A DNA stretch of 30,366 bases from an uncultured bacterium (GTDB lineage: Bacteria > Acidobacteriota > Thermoanaerobaculia > Multivoradales > JAHZIX01). Of the stretch, positions 26,101-30,366 are shown in pieces (positions within the stretch are counted from its first letter, which is position 1; the number at the start of each line of letters is the position of its first letter). Below the pieces are notes generated by a model. That model saw only the letters and a list, made by a program, of their open reading frames with translations. It ran no database searches and was not told where the DNA came from. Location: NCBI GenBank assembly GCA_965368975.1, contig CBDUPA010000036.1, forward strand, positions 1 to 30,366, given 5' to 3'. A program made the translations under genes and the position numbers.

Positions 26101-29100
26101 CGAGCGCCTGGTCGAAGAGTTACAGCCGAGTCGCGATCGCAGCCGCGCACCACTGTTCCAGGTCTTCCTGTCGCTGCAGAGCTTGCCGATGGCCGCCAAT
26201 CCTCAGCAGGGCAGCCCAAGGCAAGGTCTTGAGCTGCCCGACCTGCGCCTGGAGTCCGTGTCGCCGGAGTTGCAAGAGTGCAAGTTCGACCTCGAGGTCG
26301 GTTTCACGGAAGCCACCTTGGGGGAAGCAGGCGCGAGACACGACGTGCTCGAGATCACCGCCCTCTTCGCCGCCGCCCTGTTCGACGCCACCAGCGTCGA
26401 GCGCTTGCTGCGGCAGCTCGAAGCCCTGCTCGATGCCGCCACGGCCGCGCCGCACGTGCCGCTGGTGCACCTCGACCTGCTGACCGCCGGCCAGCGTCAG
26501 CAACTGCTGTGCGAGTGGCAGGGGCCGGCGGGTGCTTCGACCGAAGGGGAGCAGTTCGACAGTGTGCCCCTGCAGGTGCTGCGCCGCGCTGCGGAGCAGC
26601 CGCAGGCAGTCGCGGTGGTGACGGGTGAGGGTGTGACGGGGAAGGTGCTGAGTTATGGCGAGTTGGCGTCCAGCGCCCGGGCCCTGGCCACAACGCTGGT
26701 GCGACGCTCGAGTTCTGCTGCTGCGACCACCAGCATCGATGAGGTGGTGGCGGTCGACCTGCCGCGCTCGGCGTCCGAGGCGGTGACCCTGACCGGCGTG
26801 CTGCTGGCCGGCGCCGCCTACCTGCCGCTCGACCCCGCCGCTCCCGACGAACGCCTGGCCTTCGTGCTGCGCGACGCCGGGGCACGCGTGGTGCTGACCG
26901 ACCGGCCGGATCGCTTCGCGGCCGAGAACTTTGCCGATCTGGATCTGCTGGTCCTGTCCATGGAAAGCCTCGAAGAGGTGCTGGCCGAGGTGCTGCTTGA
27001 GGACCTCCAGATCCCGCCGCTGGCGCGCGCCTACGTCATCTACACCTCGGGTTCTACGGGCGTGCCCAAGGGCGTTGAGCTGACGCATGGCGGCCTCGCC
27101 AACCTCACGGCCTGGTACCGGCGGAGCCATGGCTTGACCGCTGGCACCCGCGTGCCACGCATCGCTTCGCCCGCCTTCGACGCCTCGGTGCTCGACCTGT
27201 GGCCAGCGCTCACCGCCGGTGCCGAGCTGCATCTGCCGGCGGCCGAGGAACTGTCGTCGCCGCCACGGCTGCGCGGCTGGCTGTGCCAACACCGGATCGA
27301 GGTCGCCCACCTGCCGACCGCGCTGGCCGCGCCACTGCTGGAGCTGGAGTGGCCCGAGACGTCCTTGCGCCGGCTGCTCACCGGCGGGGACCGCTTGGGG
27401 CGCCGGCCGTCCGCGTCGCTGCCGTTCACCGTGCTCAACAACTATGGCCCGACGGAGACGACGGTGCTCGCCAGCTCGGGGCGGGTGAGCGTGCAAGGCT
27501 TCAAGGCGCCCGACCTCGGTCGACCGCTGCCCGCCGTCGAGATCCTGCTGCTCGACGCCGCGCTGCGTCCAGTGCCGCTGGGCGCTCGCGGCCGGATCTT
27601 CGTTGGGGGCGCAGGCCTGGCGCGCGGCTACCTGCGCCGACCGGGCCGCACCGCCGAGAGCTTCCTGCCGCATCCGCTGGCCGGTCGACTCGGGCACGTC
27701 CCCGCTGGCGCCCGCCTCTACGACACCGGCGATCTTGGCCATCTCGACGCCGCTGGCCGCTTGCACTTCGACGGTCGTGCAGATCACCAGCTGAAGGTGC
27801 GCGGTTTCCGCGTCGAGGCGGGGGAGATCGAGAACGCCCTGCGCGAGCATCCGGTGGTGGTCGACGCGGCGGTGGTGCTGCGAGGCAGCCAGCTGGTGGC
27901 GTACGTGGAGGCGGTGGGGGTGGATCGGGAAGTGACCTTGGATCTCTCCTCCCACCTCGGCTCCCGCCTGCCCGACTACATGCGACCGCAGCACCTCGTC
28001 GTCCTCGACGCGCTGCCGCGTACCGCCGGCACCAAGGCCGACCGTCGGGCGCTGGCGAACGACGAGCGCTACCGTGTCGAGGTGCAGGCAGGGGAAGCCG
28101 TGCGCACGGCGCCGCGTGACGAGACCGAGGTGCGGTTGGCGGCCTTGTGGGCGCGGCGCTTGGAGCTGGACGACGTCGGCGTCGACGACGACTTCTTCGC
28201 CCTCGGCGGCCACTCGGTGCTGGCCATGCAGGTGCTGGGCGATGTCGAGGAAGCCTTCGGCGTCCAGGTGACGTTGGCCGATCTCTTCGCCGCGCCGACC
28301 GTCGCTGGCCTGGCCGAGCGTCTGCAGGGTGCCGCGACCGGGGCACCACCCTTGGTGGCGCAGCCGCGCGAGGGCGCGCCACCGTACGAGTTCCCGGCCT
28401 CCTATGCGCAGCAGCGCCTGTGGTTCTTGGAGCACATGAACCCGGACCTCGTGGCCTACAACATGCCCATGCATCACCGCCTGGACGGTGACCTCGACGT
28501 GCCGCGCCTGGGCCGGGCGCTCAGTGCGCTGGTGCGTCGCCACGAGGTGCTGCGCACGCGCTACCAGGCGCGCGGCCGGCAGGTGCTGCAGCTGGTGGAC
28601 GCCGCCGCGCCACAGCCCTTGCCGCTGATCGACCTCGGGGGTCTGCCGTCGTCGGCGCGGCCGGCGCTGGCGGCGCAGCTACAACAGCGTGAAGCCTTCC
28701 GTCCGTTCGAGCTCGACCGCCAGGGGCCGCTACGCACCCTGCTGCTGCGTCTGACGCCCACCGCGACCGCTATCTCGACGGATCCCGCGGTAGTCATCTC
28801 GGCGGCTAGCGAGCAGCGCCACCTGCTGCTGCTCACCCTGCATCACATCGCGGGTGACGGCTGGTCGGTCGGCGTGCTGTTGCGCGAGCTGTCGAGCCTC
28901 TACGGGGGTACTTCTTCCTTGCCGCCGGTCGAAGTGCAGTACGCCGATTTCGCTGCCTGGCAGCGTGGCTGGCTCGATGCCGCCGCGGACGACAGCGGAG
29001 ACGGCAACATGGCAGGGGGAGCCACGGTGCTCGATCATCAGATCGACTGGTGGCGGAGTCGGCTCGACGATCTCGCTACCCTCGACCTGCCCACCGACCG

Positions 29101-30366
29101 CCCCAGACCGCCCGTGTTCGACGAGGCCGCCGACCACCACCACCGAGCCCTACCCCCGGCGCTCGGACGCCAGCTGAGCGAGCGCTCACGCGAGGCTGGC
29201 TGCACCCTCTTCGTCACTCTCTTGGCGGCGGTCCAAGCCCTGTTCGGTCGACTTGCCGGCAGTTCCGACGTGCCCATCGGCAGCTCGATCGCCGGCCGCC
29301 GCCGTCGCCAGCTGGAGAATGCCGTCGGCTTCTTCGTCAACACCTTGGTGCTGCGTGGCGACCTGCGCGCGGACGATGCTGAGGCCAGAACAGGTGCCAG
29401 CACGGGCCCCAGCTTCGAAACCCTGCAGGGCCGCGCCCAGGACACCGTCACCGGCGCCTACGATCACCAGGATGTACCCTTCGAGCGCCTGGTCGAAGAG
29501 CTGCGGCCGGTGCGCGATCGCAGCCGTACGCCGTTGTTCCAGGTGCTCTTCGTGCTGCAGAACGTGCCGCGCGGACAGCAAGCCGACCTGGCGCTGCCGG
29601 GTGTCGAGTTGGGACTGGCGCCGGTGCAGGCGGTGGCGGCCAAGTTCGACCTCGAGCTCTACGCCAGCGAGGCCCCCAGCTCCGATAGCCACGGCGACGA
29701 CGTGCACCTGGAGTGCGTCTACCGCAGCTCGCTGTTCGACGCCACCACCATCCAGCGCCTGCTCGGCCGCCTCGAAGTCCTGCTCAGCGCCGCCGCCGTC
29801 GAGCCGTCGCGGCCGCTGGCCGAGTTGCCGATGCTCGACGCGGGCGAGCGTCAGCAACTGCTGGTCGAGTGGCTGCAGGCACCGGCCGCCACCACCGATC
29901 CCGCCGACACCCTCCCTGGCCGAGCTCTGGCCGCCGCCCGCCGCGCTCCCGACGCCCTGGCCGCCGCCTTCGGCCGCCGCTGCCTGAGTTACGGCGAGCT
30001 GGAGAGGCGTAGCGCTCGCCTGGCGGCGGCACTGGTGGCGGCAGGTGTGCGCCGTGGCGACATCGTCGGCGTCGTCCTGCCGCGCGTGCCGGAGCTGCTG
30101 ATCGCCTGGCTCGCCGTCACGCGTGCCGGCGCCGCCTACCAGCCGCTCGACCCGGGCCTGCCGCCCGAGCGCCTGAGCTTCCTGCTGCGCGATGCCGCCA
30201 GTCGCGCCGTGATTGCCCTGCCGGAGTTCACGCTGCCCGCCTCGGCGCCCGACTTGCCGCGCCTGGCTCCCGAACTTGCCAAGCCCCAGAGGTCCGGGGC
30301 CACCGAGTTGTCCGGCACTGGCTTGCCCGGCACTGGCTTGCCCGGCACTGGCTTGCCCGGCACTGG
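14123..30366 (+). CDS. Giant multimodular NRPS (NRPS3, 3'-truncated): docking helix-(C-A-T)x4-C-A(partial), >5,400 aa
   Basis: ATG 14123 overlaps the acylase stop and reads MADTPSTDPRLADARLKGLPPDKRRLLELMLRK. All core motifs I translated by hand fall in frame +2, and the ORF track lists no terminated frame +2 ORF downstream, which fits a frame with no stop before the window end. C cores at 14711, 18188, 21791, 25442 and 28841; T-domain GGHS serines at 17516, 21149, 24764 and 28214. Confidence 0.93.
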   Translation, partial: MADTPSTDPRLADARLKGLPPDKRRLLELMLRKQQQSATQPERAVTADGGGGPRAVAGRGNAAPASFAQERLWLLEQLQPGSAYHIPLALRLRGPLDVTALARAVRTVGARHESLRTRFEERTGVPWQVIEPTGSPQALELLRRDLSGLPPAAREVEARRCLDAALLRPFDLARAPLARALLLVLGPREHALVVVLHHVISDGWSLAVFQRELGAAYLGHQLPPLPLQYADYSLWQRSRVEAGPDGLASQIEWWRQRLAGLPPRLELSVAKPPPARPTYAGGRRRLAFTEATTAALEALARRAGCTLFTVLLAGFQALLQRTSGSGPKESADLAVGMPVAGRDWPRLEGLIGFFVNTLVLRGDLRGDPSFETLVARLHGVVLDAQEHADVPFDRLVAELAPERRRGQSPLFQVMFSFFEGAGAGSAAGDAVPALPGLDVERLQGSDLEAKFDLTLELGRAPSEGTNTGTTRAGALRGGLEYRADLFDATTAERLCRHLKVLLHAAAVEPSTPLSRLPLLTAGERQQLCFEWALPSADAPLETQAERSGEAPSSTLHGRALAWVARRPDAIAVHYGRHHLSYRLLDQRSRALAAWLATAGVDRGSVVAVPFTPCVELIVAYLGILRRGAAYLPLDPALPAERLAFQRADAGAVVELTVEQVASELAAGEDIHQDAGGIDLAYVLYTSGSTGKPKGVDVPHRGPLRMFDDPRAGFLSALDFLSALDFLSASDSVPSTQLRVSQAVNPAFDVSVYEIWGALVHGGCVVGLPRHVLADPPRLERHLAERRPHVTFLPAAVFAQAGPRRPRAFAGLRTLAAGGEAVDPEAARRVLASGAPPAWLLNGYGPTEASVFATFHTIRQVAADAASVPIGRPPSGTDAAVLDPAGQVLPLAAVGELYLGGRALAWGYRGRPALTATAFVPHPLAGLSVEGGARIYRTGDLARWLPDGTLDCLGRRDHQVKIRGYRIELGEIEARLVALDGIAEAAVVVREMAGDRRLVAYVVGEGQEAESPPLAQGTHTGVPCGEAASGSGLVRADDLAAHLPDYMIPSAVVPVDALPLTPNGKLDRKRLASDPTFAPAAQARATGGDAAGGGTSEAPRDELEAQLAALWGKLLEVETVGVDDDFFRLGGHSLLGTRLLAEIDAALGRRLSLAELFDAPTVAGQARILRQRGGAAGKAAGEGDALPAPPPLEALARAGSGPWRFPLSFAQQRLWFLHRLQPGLVAYNMPLPLHLRGGLLPAVLAAALAALVERHEVLRTTYSYADVPGDADVPPRQLVAAPSSRPLSVPLPVVDLRRVPRAVAQGRLTGTLLQREARRPFDLAHEPPLRALLVHVPAEEASAAGDRHEYALLLTLHHIAGDGWSLGVLLRELVHLYAAIAERRQPHLPELPVQVADHASWQRDWLATSAGADGRTVLDLQLDHWRHRLAGAPPLDLPLDRPRPAVFDDTGASCRHRLSEADAAALRTLARSHGTTLFVTLLTGVQALLARWARQTDVSVGVPVAGRRHKEVENLIGFFVNTLVVRGEMVSMTFQDLLTQLRRRVLDAYDHQDVPFERLVEELQGRRDRSRPPLFQVLFDLQPAALSGTRGAGDLADRLPGLELSTFADDGRDGDAVATGRVKFELELYASEGPHGLELSVVYACALFDSTTAARLLRQLGELLRAAAAAPSTPLTELQLLGRAEAHQLLREVNDSRSRADLSVSLPAAVAQVAERQPHAIAAAYDHHHLSYAELCRRAGRLAAELSAYGVRRGTLVGLCLAPSCDWLVAMLGILEAGGAYLPLDRAYPAERLAFLLQDTGAPVVLVDAAGRQALAGVAVENGCHLVDPPAQGRPMCLPCGEAASESAAPLTGDDLAYVIYTSGSTGTPKGVAVPQRAVLRLVRDVRYVDLQVGDGQLRGDARGHRAVRTGQLANTAFDAATYEIWGALVHGGCVVGVPRSVTLGTGVTATRDGLRLGPWLRSRGVDTTFLTAALFAQEAGLDARAFAGLGDLLAGGEAVDPQAARRVLTSGAPPARLLNGYGPTECTTFAVVDTIAVPSEAAVSVPIGRPIADTEALVIETGGGFGKALRGWAPVGVPGELCLGGAGLAWGYLRRPALTAAVFVPHAGAGRGDVEPGARLYRTGDLARRLADGRLDYLGRLDRQVKLRGFRIELGEIEARLNEHSEVVEAAVVVREVEGDRRLVAYVVGAEADPRFPAQGTHTGVPLPGSESELWVGAAPCGRPAAQPHPVSAHLRPYLADRLPDYMLPATFVALDALPLTINGKIDRRRLAGDPSLAPDVLIAAPSTVSASARVAETSSEAASQAAAPRDELEAQLAALWARLLGVASVGVDEDFFELGGHSILATRVMVEVEALVGFQVPLAELFTAPTVAGFAERVRALQAEAAAGGTASRMALPPLDAVPRGTGPWRFPMSFAQQRLWFIDRLDPGSAVYHIPLQLRLGGDVQPARLAATLRALVARHEILRTTYSVAAHDETVPCQWVHPAASRLGRVALPLIDLQRLPTLAREAERTRLAAVEARRPFDLEAGPVLRALLVRLTSGDSVAKGEHALIFTVHHIAADGWSLGLLTREVAALYEPSATLDELPVQYADYSTWQRDWLDSTDAEGRSVLDLQVDYWCTQLHALAPLDLPLDRPRPAIFDHRAAGRWRHEFPAALVARLRRSSQQAGCTLYVTLLTAFQVLLGRWAGQADVTVGTPVTGRRHRHLEPLIGLFVNTLVLRGDLSVTADRQEATADGQEATVDRQEATADRQEKGRLLDGPAFDALRRRAQQTVLDAYEHQDLPFERLVEQLQPARDRSRAPLFQVLFALQELDLGRGFELPGLHLRSEGIDAGTQRLDLEVQLFEAEDAAGQPILRLDAGFSSALFDATTIGRLLSAFESLLDAAVEAPSTPIHRLPLLGAAQRHQLLAEWNDTEQPFLAGRTVPELVAATAAERPDAIVFHTSSFHPALYRDEGHGEESSIQRPRGQKPSQQPSSTANQSVVSRLLSYGELDRRSALLARHLVALGVRREQAVGIYLDAGPELLVAMLGVLRAGGAYLTLDPVYPADRLAYMLEHSRAEVLLTRRGLFGGVPPFSGQVLDLQAVLETETAQPATPDVAQRAQLARPAVDAEQLLCLLYTSGSTGRPKGVGMVQRAALRTVSGQDYLRFSAAVRVPLLNNLSFDPTIAEFWGPTTHGGCLLSMDRGLLLEPVELGTELRRLGANTACLPTTAVHQIGRQTPGALGCLDQVLFGGEAAERDPLLGFYSMDTSGSASTPTSTGTWGRPPGWIVNGYGPTESTLLVTREPLGARTLRASQPYIPIGRPLSNSQVLVFERGGAIAPVGVPGELRLGGQGLNRGYVRQPSRTAAAFVPHPFAGRVGLATGVRLYRSGDLARMLADGRVEFLGRIDNQIKLRGYRIELGEIEARLLEAEGVAAATVVVRRDGPAGDRLVAYVVGEGRPQPLSASLRAHLAAHLPAYMVPSAFVVLDDLPKNTHDKVDRRALREDAVYAPEAHAVGASEDAAGTSSRVPPRDALEARVAAHWRRVLGVEHLGVEDDFFQLGGHSLLAMQLAAAVQEDFGTGLPLAELFAAPTVAGVAAFLRLQGVEGSGLVGSPAEVQAARARRTAALVALPRDGRPPWEFPMSFGQQRLWFLDRLEPGQAAYNMPSALRLHGRLRPAALGSALGTVLERHEMLRTTLAQVAGEAVQRVWPAAAVRQPWATLPCIDLHALTLVDREAEARRLGSREARRPFDLERGPLLRSLLLRLETSSRDSAPGRTKTSDHIFLLVLHHIAGDGWSMGILVQEISAAYRAAVHGEALELPELPVQYADYAAWQRQRLEEQVQAPVEEGAAGGTLLDAQLAWWREQLHGAETLDLPLDRPRPPVFDPRAGQRVGRLGAELTARLRQRARDAGHTLFVSLLTGYQVLLARLAGQSLPGLDVSVGTPVAGRRHPRVEGLIGFFVNTLVLRGHLPADVTARASKDGPSFAELEAHLARVLVGAQDHQDIPFERLVEELQPSRDRSRAPLFQVFLSLQSLPMAANPQQGSPRQGLELPDLRLESVSPELQECKFDLEVGFTEATLGEAGARHDVLEITALFAAALFDATSVERLLRQLEALLDAATAAPHVPLVHLDLLTAGQRQQLLCEWQGPAGASTEGEQFDSVPLQVLRRAAEQPQAVAVVTGEGVTGKVLSYGELASSARALATTLVRRSSSAAATTSIDEVVAVDLPRSASEAVTLTGVLLAGAAYLPLDPAAPDERLAFVLRDAGARVVLTDRPDRFAAENFADLDLLVLSMESLEEVLAEVLLEDLQIPPLARAYVIYTSGSTGVPKGVELTHGGLANLTAWYRRSHGLTAGTRVPRIASPAFDASVLDLWPALTAGAELHLPAAEELSSPPRLRGWLCQHRIEVAHLPTALAAPLLELEWPETSLRRLLTGGDRLGRRPSASLPFTVLNNYGPTETTVLASSGRVSVQGFKAPDLGRPLPAVEILLLDAALRPVPLGARGRIFVGGAGLARGYLRRPGRTAESFLPHPLAGRLGHVPAGARLYDTGDLGHLDAAGRLHFDGRADHQLKVRGFRVEAGEIENALREHPVVVDAAVVLRGSQLVAYVEAVGVDREVTLDLSSHLGSRLPDYMRPQHLVVLDALPRTAGTKADRRALANDERYRVEVQAGEAVRTAPRDETEVRLAALWARRLELDDVGVDDDFFALGGHSVLAMQVLGDVEEAFGVQVTLADLFAAPTVAGLAERLQGAATGAPPLVAQPREGAPPYEFPASYAQQRLWFLEHMNPDLVAYNMPMHHRLDGDLDVPRLGRALSALVRRHEVLRTRYQARGRQVLQLVDAAAPQPLPLIDLGGLPSSARPALAAQLQQREAFRPFELDRQGPLRTLLLRLTPTATAISTDPAVVISAASEQRHLLLLTLHHIAGDGWSVGVLLRELSSLYGGTSSLPPVEVQYADFAAWQRGWLDAAADDSGDGNMAGGATVLDHQIDWWRSRLDDLATLDLPTDRPRPPVFDEAADHHHRALPPALGRQLSERSREAGCTLFVTLLAAVQALFGRLAGSSDVPIGSSIAGRRRRQLENAVGFFVNTLVLRGDLRADDAEARTGASTGPSFETLQGRAQDTVTGAYDHQDVPFERLVEELRPVRDRSRTPLFQVLFVLQNVPRGQQADLALPGVELGLAPVQAVAAKFDLELYASEAPSSDSHGDDVHLECVYRSSLFDATTIQRLLGRLEVLLSAAAVEPSRPLAELPMLDAGERQQLLVEWLQAPAATTDPADTLPGRALAAARRAPDALAAAFGRRCLSYGELERRSARLAAALVAAGVRRGDIVGVVLPRVPELLIAWLAVTRAGAAYQPLDPGLPPERLSFLLRDAASRAVIALPEFTLPASAPDLPRLAPELAKPQRSGATELSGTGLPGTGLPGTGLPGT
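16259..16306 (+). repeat. 18-bp in-frame tandem repeat x2.7 (FLSALD)
   Basis: ttcctcagcgccctcgat x2 followed by ttcctcagtgcc. Confidence 0.9.
17165..17203. repeat. Shortened copy of the REP-like element in the A domain of module 1
   Basis: CAGGGCACCC-ACACGG-GGGTGCCCTG (perfect 10-bp stem) overlapping TGCGGC-GAA-GCCGCA. Confidence 0.75.
19613..19651. repeat. Shortened copy of the REP-like element before the A3 motif of module 2
   Basis: CAGGGTAGGC-CCATGT-GCCTGCCCTG overlapping TGCGGC-GAA-GCCGCA, with the same CGCC left flank and TC right flank as the other copies. Confidence 0.7.
20719..20808. repeat. Inverted pair of GTAG-type REP-like palindromes plus a small hairpin, inside the A domain of module 2
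   Basis: GGGCACCCACACGGGGGTGCCCCTAC (20719-20744; its reverse complement starts GTAGGGGC), a 23-nt spacer, GTAGGGGCGGCCCCATGTGGCCGCCC (20768-20793), then TGCGGC-GCA-GCCGCA (20794-20808). Confidence 0.75.
21360..24880 (+). other. NRPS3 module 3, C-A-T; code DPACLGGLLK (unassigned)
   Basis: HHIAADG; SFDPTIAEFW, NTACLP, QVLFGGE, NGYGPTESTLL; FFQLGGHSL. Confidence 0.8.
22300..22381 (+). repeat. 21-bp in-frame tandem repeat x4 (TADRQEA)
   Basis: cacggcggaccgccaagaggc occurs four times with single substitutions, just after VNTLVLRGD in the module 3 C domain. Confidence 0.92.
25000..28330 (+). other. NRPS3 module 4, C-A-T; code DALHLGNVLK (Leu-like scaffold, same as NRPS2)
   Basis: HHIAGDG; AFDASVLDLW, EVAHLP, RLLTGGD, NNYGPTETTVL; FFALGGHSV. 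Confidence 0.8.
28395..30366 (+). other. NRPS3 module 5, C domain and start of A domain (truncated by window)
   Basis: SYAQQRLWFL, HHIAGDG (28841), GFFVNTLVLR; then LSYGEL and AGAAYQPLDP. Confidence 0.85.
30312..30366 (+). repeat. 15-bp in-frame tandem repeat, at least 3.6 copies (GTGLP), running off the window
   Basis: ccggcactggcttgc repeated perfectly to the last base. Confidence 0.92.

Noticed and set aside
26120-28543. Long minus-strand ORFs (807 aa here; also 4569-6284, 11737-13065, 14903-16219, 19355-20728)
   Set aside because: These are antisense shadows of high-GC coding sequence with no recognisable motifs, fully overlapping well-supported + strand genes.
14123-30366. Epimerization, N-methyltransferase, cyclization or thioesterase domains
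   Set aside because: Module spacing of about 3.4-3.7 kb leaves no room for them, each T domain is followed directly by an LCL-like C domain, and T motifs are GGHS rather than the GGDS typical before E domains.
1-30366. Assignment to a named compound, or presence of tRNA, rRNA or transposase genes
   Set aside because: I do not recognise the cluster and both ends are missing. The window is almost entirely protein-coding, with no RNA-gene or transposase signature.

Overview
A very GC-rich bacterial window lying entirely inside one nonribosomal peptide synthetase (NRPS) gene cluster, with all genes on the + strand and overlapping or nearly abutting. Gene order: (1) 5'-truncated NRPS, C-A(Gly)-T with an acidic docking tail (<2-3232); (2) stand-alone FkbM-family methyltransferase (3229-4110); (3) an unusual NRPS with an N-terminal APH/choline-kinase-like phosphotransferase fused to a TubC_N-type docking domain and C-A-T (4107-9038); (4) MacB/FtsX-type (ADOP-like) ABC permease (9049-11517); (5) membrane-anchored penicillin-acylase-family Ntn hydrolase (11527-14130); (6) a giant NRPS of more than 5,400 aa, missing from the ORF track because it has no stop codon in the window, with four complete C-A-T modules plus a fifth C and partial A (14123->30366). 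I saw no TE, epimerization or embedded methyltransferase domains. The most notable points are the kinase-NRPS fusion alongside the methyltransferase, acylase and permease (possible on-line phosphorylation or prodrug maturation), GTAG-type REP-like palindromes inserted in frame inside A domains, many in-frame tandem repeats in loops, and atypical A-domain specificity codes. An Acidobacteriota-like origin is only a guess from the permease type. Domain boundaries and specificity codes were read by eye and are approximate.
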